64,000 nucleotides of DNA from Fibrobacteria bacterium (GTDB lineage Bacteria > Fibrobacterota > Fibrobacteria > UBA11236 > JADFYW01), in the NCBI GenBank assembly GCA_050294405.1, contig JBNKOC010000012.1:670202-734201 (forward strand), read 5' to 3'. The position numbers and the translations under genes were made by a program. This document shows positions 1 to 9,492 of the stretch, in pieces. Numbering within the stretch: the first letter of the stretch is position 1; every line of letters starts with the position of its first letter. The notes beneath the pieces were generated by a model. It was given only the letters and a program-made list of their open reading frames with translations, did not search any database and was not told the DNA's origin.

Positions 1-630
1 GCGCTGGTTGGGCAAATCCCCAATGGAGGCGTATTGCAAAAAGAACTATTGCATCAAAATCTGCCGGAAACGGAATTTAAATTTGTTCTGAATACCCCGG
101 ATTTCACTTCGGCTGTTAATATGAGCGAAGCTATAAACCAGGCCTTAGGCGAAAAATTGGCCAGCGCCTTGGATGCGGCGGCCGTTATGGTTTTTATCCC
201 TCAGGAATATGCAGAAACAGTCACCAGCTTTTTAGCCAAAGTGGAAAATGTGGAATTTGTACCTTCTGAATTGGCCAGAGTTGTTTTAAATGAAAAAACA
301 GGAACTATTGTGGCCGGGGGGAATATTTCCATATCCTCCATTGCGGTGTCTCACGGAAATATCACCATTTCCATTAATTCCGAGCAAGGTGCGGAGGCCA
401 CCATACGGCAGACAGCTAACAGCAATACAAGGCAAGTGCGCACTCAAACTCAGGAGCAAGGACAGGTAGAAGAAGCCAAGGCAGAAATGAAGGTAATGCC
501 CAAAATTACCAATGTTAATGAGCTGGCTAACGCTTTGAATTCTTTAGGGGTTCCTCCCAGAGATATTATCTCTATTTTCCAAAGCATTAAAAAATCCGGG
601 GCGCTCCATGCGGACCTGGTAACTATGTAA
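1..630 (+). CDS. flgI: Flagellar basal-body P-ring protein FlgI, 3' part (5' end outside the window)
   Basis: Frame is open from base 1 (ALVGQIPNGG...). Contains RVVLNEKTGTIVAG, IAVSHGNITISI and LANALNSLGVPPRDIISIFQSIKKSGALHADL, typical of the FlgI C-terminus. Confidence 0.93.
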   Translation, partial: ALVGQIPNGGVLQKELLHQNLPETEFKFVLNTPDFTSAVNMSEAINQALGEKLASALDAAAVMVFIPQEYAETVTSFLAKVENVEFVPSELARVVLNEKTGTIVAGGNISISSIAVSHGNITISINSEQGAEATIRQTANSNTRQVRTQTQEQGQVEEAKAEMKVMPKITNVNELANALNSLGVPPRDIISIFQSIKKSGALHADLVTM

Positions 631-709
631 CTTTAGCCTTTCCCTAGGCAAATGTTAAAAAATTAAGAGCTAAGGTTCCCTTGGTCTTTTAATTGTATTT
701 TTAGCATTA

Positions 710-2149
710 ATGAATTTGCCAAATAAAAAAAGCATCAAAACGGTAACCCTGCAATCCATATCCATATGGGTTTTGCTCACCGCCCTTATTTTGCTTTTGG
801 TTCTGGGTTATAGCTTCAGGGCTTTTTCTCAAAATAGTTTAAAACAAAGGGCTCTCGGCATTGCTGGATTGGTGGGAGCGGGATTAACCGCCCATATGAA
901 AGCGGAAATCATGGATAAGCGAGCTTATTTTTTGGATGAGTTAAATAATATTCCCGAGGTAAATTCCCTAAAAATTATCCGGGGGCCGGCTGTGGATAAC
1001 CAGTTTGGGCCAACCCTATACAACGAACAAAATCCCGACTCCATATCCCATGGGGTGTTTAAAAACAAAAAGCCTTATTTCAGTCTAAATGAATTTAAAC
1101 TAAACCCTGTTTTGAAGGCGGTAGTGCCTTTAGTTGCAAGTGATGAAGGGAAATTAAATTGCCTGGAATGCCATAAAGTGGAAGCAGGCACTGTTTTAGG
1201 TGCAGTGGATTTGGAGCTCAATGTAAAGCGGCAGCAGTATATTGCAGGCCTAATTTTATTGGGTATATTGGTTCTGTTGGTTTTTCTATCCATTTTTTTA
1301 GTGTTAAATACAGGAAGGGTTTTGCAAAGGTTGGTAAAATCCCCTTTGGAAAGCTTGATTAATACAGCCTGGGACAGTTATAAGTCCCGCAGCTTTATAA
1401 ATACAAGCGATTACGAGAGCCTGGAATTTGAAACAGTCGCCAAAGAAATAAATCAATTCAACCGCCAAATCAGCAGGCATCAAAAGTTAATACATCGGAA
1501 AAATGAGGAACTTCAGCAGCTCAATGAAGAAGTGGATAATACCTTGAGAGAAACTTTGTTTACCATGGGTCTTATTGAAGAAAAGCGCAGCAAGGAGACC
1601 CGGTTCCACACCCAAAGGGTTACTCTTTATTCCAGATTATTGGGAGAACTGATTGAATTGCCAGTCCAGGAGTTGGAAGTATTAACTATGGCGGCCCCTC
1701 TTCATGATATTGGAAAAATCGGAATACCCGATTACATCCTTTTGAAACCTGCCCGCTTAAGTAAGGAGGAAATCAAAATAATGGAAAACCATACGCGCTA
1801 TGGTTATCTCATGCTGCGCCATTCAAAACGGGATGTATTACAGGCAGCAGCCACCATAGCCTATGAACATCATGAAAAATGGGATGGGAGCGGGTATCCC
1901 CGAGGCCTTAAGGAAAAGGAAATCCATATATACGGGCGAATAGTGGCTTTGGCAGATGTGTTTGACGCTCTTTCCAGCCGCAGGATTTATAAAGAGGGCT
2001 GGCCCCGGGAAAAGGTCATTGATTCCATAAGCCAAAGTGCAGGCAAGCATTTTGATCCACAATTGGTGGCTTTGCTTATTTCCCATCAGCAAAAATTCTA
2101 TGAAATCCAGGAGCAATTTAAGGAAGATTCTGAAAAATTAGACGGTTAA
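710..2149 (+). CDS. Membrane HD-GYP c-di-GMP phosphodiesterase with periplasmic heme-c (CxxCH) sensor domain
   Basis: Two TM segments flank a region with CLECH; coiled coil follows; then HTQRV, LHDIGKIG, HHEKWDGSGYP and ADVFDAL motifs of HD-GYP. Confidence 0.9.
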   Translation: MNLPNKKSIKTVTLQSISIWVLLTALILLLVLGYSFRAFSQNSLKQRALGIAGLVGAGLTAHMKAEIMDKRAYFLDELNNIPEVNSLKIIRGPAVDNQFGPTLYNEQNPDSISHGVFKNKKPYFSLNEFKLNPVLKAVVPLVASDEGKLNCLECHKVEAGTVLGAVDLELNVKRQQYIAGLILLGILVLLVFLSIFLVLNTGRVLQRLVKSPLESLINTAWDSYKSRSFINTSDYESLEFETVAKEINQFNRQISRHQKLIHRKNEELQQLNEEVDNTLRETLFTMGLIEEKRSKETRFHTQRVTLYSRLLGELIELPVQELEVLTMAAPLHDIGKIGIPDYILLKPARLSKEEIKIMENHTRYGYLMLRHSKRDVLQAAATIAYEHHEKWDGSGYPRGLKEKEIHIYGRIVALADVFDALSSRRIYKEGWPREKVIDSISQSAGKHFDPQLVALLISHQQKFYEIQEQFKEDSEKLDG

Positions 2150-2321
2150 GGAATTTGCGCGAAAAGCCCTTAAAATAGGCTGAATATGGCCCTTTTTGTA
2201 TGACAAATTTAGTGAATTGAATTCCTATTTGGGTTAATATGGAATAGATATTAAAATCTTTCCATCAGAGGCCGGTATTTCTTTTAAAACAGCCCTATTT
2301 GCGTTTTGGACTTTTCCCATA

Positions 2322-3674
2322 TTGATGGGGATATCGTTGCTTTCCAAATTTATTGGAGATGGTTGGCTGGCATTATTAGCTATTTCTTTTTGCGGCAGTC
2401 TGGTGCTATCCGGTTTGATGATGGGTTTGATTGGAAAATACTACTCCAATCCCATAAACAAGTTTTTGTTTTTCTTAAATAATTTAAAAGATGGCAACAT
2501 CGCCAGGCCGCTGGAGGAAAATTTTGAAGGGGAAGTGGATAAACTGGCCAGGGCTATCAATGGTTTTAAAGAAAACTTTCGCAACGATTTGATGGATATA
2601 ACTTCCAATTCAACCTCCCTTGCAATTTCTTCTAAAAATGTTTCCAACTTGTTTAAGCAGATGGATGAGAATTCAAAGCAGCAAGTTATAAATGTATCTA
2701 ATGTTGCAAAGGCAGGTGCGGCAGCTTCGGCAAATATTTCCGAAGTATCGGATATTATGGTTAAGTTGTCTAAATCCGTTGACCCTTTAGCTGGCTCGGT
2801 CGGAGAAATGAAATCCTCTTTGAAAAATATATCTGAAATATGCTTAAAAGAATCCCAAATGATTAAATCTGGAAATGAAAAAGTTAAAAATACCCAGACC
2901 ATGATTTCCAATCTGAGGGATTCCGCCCTGGAAATTGGAAAGGTCATTGATGTTATTAACGAAATAGCTGAGCAAACTAATTTGTTGGCTTTAAACGCCA
3001 CTTTGGAAGCAGCGGCGGCAGGAGAGTATGGAAAGGGCTTTGCAGTGGTGGCCAATGAAGTTAAGGTCTTAGCCAACCAATCTGCCCTGGCTACCCTAAA
3101 CATTGAAAGTCAAATACAGGATATTCAGGAAAGTTCCCAGTATGTTTTAGATGCAGTTTCCGAGATTACAGTGCTTGTGGAAAATGTATATCAAAACTCC
3201 CAGGAGATTGTAAAGTCCGTAGGTAGCCAATTTCAATCTATTGATAAAATTGCTGGAACCCTAAAGCTAACTCAGGAATCCACAAATGAAGTGGAAAGCA
3301 GGATGAAGCAATCCAGGACCAACCTGTTGAATGTTAGTGAAAATTTGAATTCTGTGGATGGATCCACAAAGGAAATATCCACCATGATCTCTGAGCTTAC
3401 AAATGACTTGGCGGATATGGCTAAAGTAGCGGATAACCTCCAGAAAATTGCCAATAAATTCAAGGTGAGCACAAATGGGAAAAGACTTGGGGACTATTTA
3501 GTGGACTTAAAATTTGTAACACAGGCCCAATTGGAATCTGTGTTGGGAGAACAAAAAAAAGGACTGGGAGCGGGAAAAAGACTTGGCGACTTGTTGATTG
3601 AAAAGGGCCTGGTCAGCTCCGAACAGTTTGAAAAAGCCATTCAAACTAAGATGGAAAATGATGCTAAAAGTTAG
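2322..3674 (+). CDS. Methyl-accepting chemotaxis protein with C-terminal tandem MshEN-like domain
   Basis: N-terminal hydrophobic segment(s), HAMP-like region, signalling hairpin IAEQTNLLALNATLEAAAAGEYGKGFAVVANEVK, then two RLGxxLxxxG-type motifs. Start uncertain: the frame is open back to 2238. Confidence 0.9.
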   Translation: MMGISLLSKFIGDGWLALLAISFCGSLVLSGLMMGLIGKYYSNPINKFLFFLNNLKDGNIARPLEENFEGEVDKLARAINGFKENFRNDLMDITSNSTSLAISSKNVSNLFKQMDENSKQQVINVSNVAKAGAAASANISEVSDIMVKLSKSVDPLAGSVGEMKSSLKNISEICLKESQMIKSGNEKVKNTQTMISNLRDSALEIGKVIDVINEIAEQTNLLALNATLEAAAAGEYGKGFAVVANEVKVLANQSALATLNIESQIQDIQESSQYVLDAVSEITVLVENVYQNSQEIVKSVGSQFQSIDKIAGTLKLTQESTNEVESRMKQSRTNLLNVSENLNSVDGSTKEISTMISELTNDLADMAKVADNLQKIANKFKVSTNGKRLGDYLVDLKFVTQAQLESVLGEQKKGLGAGKRLGDLLIEKGLVSSEQFEKAIQTKMENDAKS

Positions 3675-3777
3675 AGGAGCCCTCATTAAGTTTCAATTAT
3701 CCGTCCTTTTAATTTCCAAAATATTTAATTCCTTCAAGGGACATTTTTTGTCCAACCGCCAATTCTAAATTAGCCAT

Positions 3778-3966
3778 ATGGAAACGCAACAAGCAAAAAT
3801 GAAAATCTTTGAAGCCCTTGATTATTTACATAGTGCTGTCATTTGCGCTAAGCTGGATTTTCTACTTATGGAGCAAGGCGACAAAAAGGCCAGGGAAGAT
3901 TTCAATAAAAGTTTAAATTGGGTGGAGCGTGGTGTGGAAAAAGTCGAGGGCTTTTGGCAGGTTTAA
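3778..3966 (+). CDS. Small hypothetical protein (62 aa)
   Basis: ATG-started ORF filling the gap between the MCP and DinB genes; helical character; no recognised motif. Confidence 0.5.
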   Translation: METQQAKMKIFEALDYLHSAVICAKLDFLLMEQGDKKAREDFNKSLNWVERGVEKVEGFWQV

Positions 3967-3988
3967 AAGCCTTAATTTTTTAATCCGA

Positions 3989-4552
3989 TTAATTCGATAA
4001 TATTTCTTTTATTTGGCCTAAGTGTTTTGCTTCGTGCATTTGAAGAAATTCCAAGCAGTCCCGAAGGCTGTATGTAATTAAAGAGGAGGCCGGAGAATGA
4101 ATAACAATACTTTGGTTTTTGAGCCCCTCAAAGTGATTTACATAAGAATTCAATTTGTTAATATTGGTTTTGTATTCCTCTAAAACAGAAAGGCTGTGAA
4201 TTTCTTTTTTTGGCTCAAAAACAGGAAATGTTTTTACAGCCTTTGGTTTCAAGGGGTTCACAGTGCTTTTAATAAGCGATCCAAATAATCCAGGCAAAAG
4301 AGGCAGTTTTTCCCAAAAACTCGAATTATAGGGGTTCTGCAGTTTAGTATCAAAAATTGGAAAAAAGGAGGCATTGGAATTAATGATATGTTCAAAAATT
4401 TGCCCCACATTCCATTTTTTGGGATCGAGTTTAAGGGATAATTGCTGTTCCCCAAGCTCTGAACTGATATTTTTAAATTGCCTAGAGCTTTCCTCAAAGC
4501 CCTTTTTGAGCTTTATGTAAAAATTTTTATCCGGCATTTTTTTTGATCCCAC
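3989..4552 (-). CDS. DinB/YfiT-family metal-binding protein
   Basis: WNVGQIFEHI and C-terminal HEAKHLGQI His-triad pattern. Confidence 0.8.
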   Translation of the reverse strand: MGSKKMPDKNFYIKLKKGFEESSRQFKNISSELGEQQLSLKLDPKKWNVGQIFEHIINSNASFFPIFDTKLQNPYNSSFWEKLPLLPGLFGSLIKSTVNPLKPKAVKTFPVFEPKKEIHSLSVLEEYKTNINKLNSYVNHFEGLKNQSIVIHSPASSLITYSLRDCLEFLQMHEAKHLGQIKEILSN

Positions 4553-4727
4553 TTTTAAAAGATGATTGCAATTTAATTAATGGGAACCCATCACAAAACT
4601 TATTCTCTGATCTTACCTTGTTATTATTTTACCCTGAAAATAAGGTTTCATATATTGCTTTTTGCGCAAACTGAGCAAATCCATTCCAGCAAGGTCTGAT
4701 AATTTGTCATTTAGTTTCAAAATAAAT

Positions 4728-4743
4728 TGGAATTAAATTTGCA
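4728..4743 (+). promoter_or_regulatory. Possible sigma54 (-24/-12) promoter for the lipoprotein gene
   Basis: TGGAAT-TAAAT-TTGCA with GG-N10-GC spacing. An extended -10 element (TGcTATAAT, 4778-4786) also lies downstream. Confidence 0.35.
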
Positions 4744-4831
4744 TATATTTCTTAGAAAATTACTACAATAAGGATACTGCTATAATTTCGCATTCAAAAT
4801 TACTGTCGGTTTTCCAACACTAGGAGAAATT

Positions 4832-7108
4832 ATGAAATCAATTATATATGGATTTTTTCTTATGCAAATGGGGTTACTGTTTTCCAGTTGTATTTTTGAA
4901 AAAGATGAAGATACAGATAAGGATGGAAATTTTAAACCCATTGAAGTGGGTGCGGAGAGTTGCGGCGAAGTGACTGGTGCCGATAAAAAATCATCGGACT
5001 CGCTAATGGCTCTGGCAAATCAACAAATGGTGGAAGATATGCGATTTTACTTTAATGGGGATGTGGAATCCTGGGAGGAGTTTAAAGGTCACGATCCCAA
5101 ACCGACCTATTCCCTATATAACCAGACCTTAAAAAAAGCGCCCAATCACTGTGGAGCTATGTTTGGAAGAACCATTTCTTCCCTGATGCTTATTTCTCAG
5201 GATCCGGATTTAGATGAGTTTATTCAAAAATTGGAAACAGAAAATGAACAGCCCACAGCTAAGTTAAGCTCGGGGAAAGCCCTTTTAAAAATGACTCCCG
5301 AAGAAGCTCCCTCAGCTATGTTTGCCCTTTCTCAACAATTAAATAAACAAGATCCTGCCACAATTTCTGAAGCCCAAAGTCTAATTGAAAATGTCTTTAT
5401 GCCTAAGGTGGATACAGCTATTGCTTATCTGTCTACTATCATCGAAGAAGATGATTTCGCATTTCGCTTTGAAGTAGATGAAGAAGTATACGAGTTGGAT
5501 ATCAGTGAAGTGGGCCCCCTTTTAGCTAGTTTTAAAATTGCCAAAGCCTGGATGTTAATTGTGGTGGGTTATAATTGGGATTTAAGTTTAGACGGAAAAT
5601 ATGATTGGGTGGAAACCCTTGGAAATATGGACGATGAAGATTTTAAAAATCTAACTCTGGAGCAAACGGATGCCCTGGATCATCTTACCTCTCTCTTCTC
5701 GGTGGAAAGTAATTTTAGCCGAATGAAGGATAAGTACAAAAGCGAAATTAAGGCCATCCCTTCTTTAATATTAAGCGCCACGGAAGATTTAAAAAGGGGG
5801 CTTACTTATTCCATTTCAGAAAGCAATAGCCCTCAAACCTATGATTTGTTTAGAGTTGGCACTAACATGGACTACGATGTGACCCCTTCTGATTTAGAAA
5901 AAATGGTAAATCTTCTGGATATTGCCGGAAAATATCTAAAGGGTGAAGTGCTTATTGATTACAACAAAGGAACTCAAAATATAAAAGTAAACTTTCCCAA
6001 ATTATTTGAAGTGGACGGTATTCAAAAATTGCTTCCCTATTTTAAGTTCCGGCCCTATGAAGATTGGGCTACTTACTTAAACGCGGATACAATATGGACC
6101 AGCTACCTTTACATGGAAGCGGCCAGCGAAATATTTTCAGAGTTAAATATGGAAAGGGATTACCGAACCGATTTTTCTGTTGATAATGGAACAATTAGTA
6201 TGACTGTATTTGAAAATGGTTCGGTAGATACGGTTTACGCCAGAGTTACTTTAAAAGGTTGTGAAGCTCATTATGTCAAGGAAAGAGAAAGAATTGGGGA
6301 CGAGAATGATATTATTTTTGTCGGTGAAAAAATTGATACTGAAACGGGAAGTTTTACCCTTGAAAATTGTGAAGAGAGCGCTGATGGAACCATTTATGGA
6401 GATGCTTCGGGAATTTATGATCTAGGGATGCTTGCATACCTGTTGGATTACGAAGTTCGCACCCAGTTAGGTTATAGCGATATGGATTATAGCTTAGAAC
6501 CTACCACTATGGTAAATGAAGATGGGGATACCGTAATTGTGTATCAAACCTCCGAATATTATTCAGAGGATAAAACAATTGCCACCCTAACCCATATTCC
6601 CGGAACAAATTGTGAATTTACTTATGAACAATTTGTGAGCCAGTCCAGCTACGAAGATCAATGGGGTGGAACCAGTTATAGCTATGAAGATTTCAGCAAC
6701 TCAGGAGAAGTAACACTTTCCCAATGTCGTGAAACCAGCGGAGGCCTGGAATTTGTAGACTATGTGGATGGCGATTTTTTAGGTCCGCTTTACTTTACCG
6801 ATAAAGATGGCAAGAAAACTCTGGAAGTTTATGAGCTAGAGCAATATGAGGACAATATTCCCGCCTTAAAAAATAAAATTGTCTTCCGCGATCCCACTAT
6901 GGGAGGCATATTCCCCGGACTAACCAATGATAATATTTGGTCTACCATTAAATCTCTGGAAACAGTGGAGCCCAGGTCCAAGGAAGTATGCGAAGAAGTT
7001 TGGGATGAAAACGGATTTTATGAATACAAATGCGAATTGATTAAGGCCAAAAACCCATCGGATTTAGATTTAATAATTGAAAACATCTATTGGCTGGACA
7101 ATATGTAA
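4832..7108 (+). CDS. Large acidic lipoprotein of unknown function
   Basis: AGGAGA RBS; signal peptide ending LLFSS-C (lipobox); very D/E-rich; internal Cys-pair duplication. Confidence 0.8.
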   Translation: MKSIIYGFFLMQMGLLFSSCIFEKDEDTDKDGNFKPIEVGAESCGEVTGADKKSSDSLMALANQQMVEDMRFYFNGDVESWEEFKGHDPKPTYSLYNQTLKKAPNHCGAMFGRTISSLMLISQDPDLDEFIQKLETENEQPTAKLSSGKALLKMTPEEAPSAMFALSQQLNKQDPATISEAQSLIENVFMPKVDTAIAYLSTIIEEDDFAFRFEVDEEVYELDISEVGPLLASFKIAKAWMLIVVGYNWDLSLDGKYDWVETLGNMDDEDFKNLTLEQTDALDHLTSLFSVESNFSRMKDKYKSEIKAIPSLILSATEDLKRGLTYSISESNSPQTYDLFRVGTNMDYDVTPSDLEKMVNLLDIAGKYLKGEVLIDYNKGTQNIKVNFPKLFEVDGIQKLLPYFKFRPYEDWATYLNADTIWTSYLYMEAASEIFSELNMERDYRTDFSVDNGTISMTVFENGSVDTVYARVTLKGCEAHYVKERERIGDENDIIFVGEKIDTETGSFTLENCEESADGTIYGDASGIYDLGMLAYLLDYEVRTQLGYSDMDYSLEPTTMVNEDGDTVIVYQTSEYYSEDKTIATLTHIPGTNCEFTYEQFVSQSSYEDQWGGTSYSYEDFSNSGEVTLSQCRETSGGLEFVDYVDGDFLGPLYFTDKDGKKTLEVYELEQYEDNIPALKNKIVFRDPTMGGIFPGLTNDNIWSTIKSLETVEPRSKEVCEEVWDENGFYEYKCELIKAKNPSDLDLIIENIYWLDNM

Positions 7109-7111
7109 CTT

Positions 7112-9286
7112 TTAAAAAGGCAGTTCTTCCAAATCTTTTTGCCCTGCTTGCAGCTTGTTTGCAAGCAGGGTATTTCTGTTTACAGTGGGATTGTTTTCCA
7201 CGGCTCTATATATAGCATTGGCCTGCCCCAAGATAAAAGCCTTTTCCCGGGCGCGGGTAATAGCTGTGTAAAGCAGGTTTCTCTGTAACATAATCCTGTG
7301 GTGGTGGGTAAGAATAAGAATTATTGCTTTATATTCACTTCCCTGGGATTTATGTATGGTGGTAGCGTAGGCTAGATTTAGCTCTTCCAGTTCGTCCCAC
7401 TCATATACCACTACTGAGTCAAACCGGACTTTTACTTTTTTGTCGCTAAAATCAATGGATTGAATGTATCCAATGTCTCCGTTAAACACATTTTTTTCAT
7501 AGTTGTTTCTAAGTTGCATAACCTTATCTCCCGCTTTAAACTTAATGTTTTTAAAAACAAGTTCCCGGGGGGTAGGGTTGAGCAATTGCTGGGCTAAATT
7601 ATTTATAATTTCTGTTCCCAGGGGCCCTTTGTTCATAGGAGTTAGTATTTGCACTTCTTCGCTGGGATGAAGGCTGAATTTATTCGGAAGTTCCTCGATT
7701 AGTTTTTTCAAACTGGATAGAACTTTTTCGGATGTTTGGCAGGGAGCGAAAAATACTTCTGGCCCCGGTGGTTCCAGCAAGGGCTTTTTTCCGTTGTGGA
7801 TGTTGTGCGCCCACTGTACTATTTGTGACTCAGAATCTTGTCGGGTGATTTCCCGAAGTTCTTCATGGGCTATGCTTTTGGATTCGATTAGCTCCGATAA
7901 TACTTTGCCAGGTCCCACGCTTGGCAACTGGTTTTTATCACCTACCAGGATAAGTCTTGTGCTTTTGGAAAGGGCTCTGAGTAAAGAATACATAAGGGAA
8001 GTGTCCACCATGGAAACCTCGTCCACTACAATAACATCGGCTTTTAAGGGGTTGGATTCCTGATGTAAAAAACCTGAATTTTCCGGATCGAATTGCAATA
8101 GTCGGTGGATTGTGGCAGCCTGAAATTGAGTCACTTCTGTGAGCCTTTTGGCCGCTCTTCCAGTGGGGGCGGTTACTTTGATGTTTAGACTTTGACCCTG
8201 GAATATTTTTAAAATTCCCATTAGAGTTGTGGTTTTACCGGTACCGGGACCTCCGGTTAAAATAAAAACCTTAGAATGGGTGGCTTTTTCAATGGCTTGC
8301 AATTGCCCCTGGTTAAAATCAAAACTGTATCCCAATTGTTGGGACAACTGGTCTTTTGCTTTTTGAACATATTCCCGGAGATTGGAAGGGCTCGGGCCTA
8401 AATTGGGGCTATCTAATAATTCCCAAATTTTTTGGGCAATGCCTTTCTCAGAATGATACAAATAGGGCAGATAGAAGTTTCCTTCTTTGCTTTTTTTGAT
8501 ATCGGTAATTTCCACCAAATTGTCCATGGTGTATACAATAATTTCCGGAGGGCAATTTAAAAGCTGGGCTGTTCTTTGAACCAGCTCTTCCGTGGTTAAA
8601 TACACATGTCCCTCTTCCACAGATTTATTAAGAGCATATCGAAGTCCGGCTTTAATGCGGTCATAACTTTCCAGATCAAAACCCAGCTTTATGGCAATTT
8701 GATCCGCTTTAATAAAACCCACTCCCCAAATATCTTCCGCAAGTTTATAGGGGTTTTGTTTTATGATGTGTATGGCTTGATTGCCATAGGTTTTAAAAAT
8801 TTTTGTGGAGAGCTGGACGCTTAAATCATGGGATTGCAAAAAGAAAAGGACTTCTTTAAACTGCTTTTTTTCCTGCCACTGGATAATCAGGTTTCGCTGC
8901 TTGCTAGGTGTTAACCCTTTTATTTCGGATAGTCGCTCGGGTTCATTGTCCAGTACATCAAAGGTTTTGGTTCCAAATACATCCACCAATTTTTTGGCTT
9001 GTACGGGCCCCACGCCTTTAAAAAGGCCACTGGACAGATACAGTTCCATGGCAGAAGCCGTTTCCGGGGGGACAACTTTAAAATCAGAAGATTTAAATTG
9101 GCGGCCATAGCTGGGGTGTTCCACCCAACTGCCCTCTAACTCCAGTTGTTCTCCAATTCCCAGTTTGGGAAAGGAGCCCACTGCAGTAAATATTTTTTCG
9201 GTTTCGGGTTCGCTTAACCGGATAACGGAATAGCCCGTATCCGGATTATGAAATGTAATGGTTTTTACTATGCCTGTTTGAGTCAT
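7112..9286 (-). CDS. recD2: ATP-dependent RecD2-like DNA helicase
   Basis: N-terminal OB and HhH regions (GVGPVQAKK), Walker A GGPGTGKTT, VVDEVSM, GDKNQLPSVGPG, TIHKSQGSEY, LLYTAITRAR. Confidence 0.95.
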   Translation of the reverse strand: MTQTGIVKTITFHNPDTGYSVIRLSEPETEKIFTAVGSFPKLGIGEQLELEGSWVEHPSYGRQFKSSDFKVVPPETASAMELYLSSGLFKGVGPVQAKKLVDVFGTKTFDVLDNEPERLSEIKGLTPSKQRNLIIQWQEKKQFKEVLFFLQSHDLSVQLSTKIFKTYGNQAIHIIKQNPYKLAEDIWGVGFIKADQIAIKLGFDLESYDRIKAGLRYALNKSVEEGHVYLTTEELVQRTAQLLNCPPEIIVYTMDNLVEITDIKKSKEGNFYLPYLYHSEKGIAQKIWELLDSPNLGPSPSNLREYVQKAKDQLSQQLGYSFDFNQGQLQAIEKATHSKVFILTGGPGTGKTTTLMGILKIFQGQSLNIKVTAPTGRAAKRLTEVTQFQAATIHRLLQFDPENSGFLHQESNPLKADVIVVDEVSMVDTSLMYSLLRALSKSTRLILVGDKNQLPSVGPGKVLSELIESKSIAHEELREITRQDSESQIVQWAHNIHNGKKPLLEPPGPEVFFAPCQTSEKVLSSLKKLIEELPNKFSLHPSEEVQILTPMNKGPLGTEIINNLAQQLLNPTPRELVFKNIKFKAGDKVMQLRNNYEKNVFNGDIGYIQSIDFSDKKVKVRFDSVVVYEWDELEELNLAYATTIHKSQGSEYKAIILILTHHHRIMLQRNLLYTAITRAREKAFILGQANAIYRAVENNPTVNRNTLLANKLQAGQKDLEELPF

Positions 9287-9326
9287 GGCAAGTATGGGAA
9301 ATTAACATTCCCACAAAAAGGGAAAA

Positions 9327-9422
9327 TTATTTCCCTTTCTTTTTGTGCCTGTCTCTACGACGTCTTTTTTTACGCTTGTGAGTGGCTATTTTATGTCTTT
9401 TTCTTTTTCGTCCACAGGGCAT
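9327..9422 (-). CDS. 30S ribosomal protein bS22 (AURKAIP1/COX24-domain basic peptide); absent from the ORF track
   Basis: Manual translation MPCGRKRKRHKIATHKRKKRRRRDRHKKKGK (31 aa); AGGA RBS 6 nt upstream; matches the FCB-type pattern MPxG(K/R)KRKRHKxATHKRKKR. Confidence 0.88.
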   Translation of the reverse strand: MPCGRKRKRHKIATHKRKKRRRRDRHKKKGK

Positions 9423-9492
9423 ATTAAATCCTAAGTCAAAAATGTTGGTTCAAAAATCTGTGGGCAAAATGAAATAAAATGCCCCATTTTTG

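Noticed and set aside
2441..3103. 220-aa antisense ORF in the MCP gene, and the many similar antisense or nested ORFs inside recD2, the SpoIIE genes, ilvD, the TPR gene and the kinase
   Set aside because: They are shadows of well-supported genes on the other strand or frame and have no motifs of their own.
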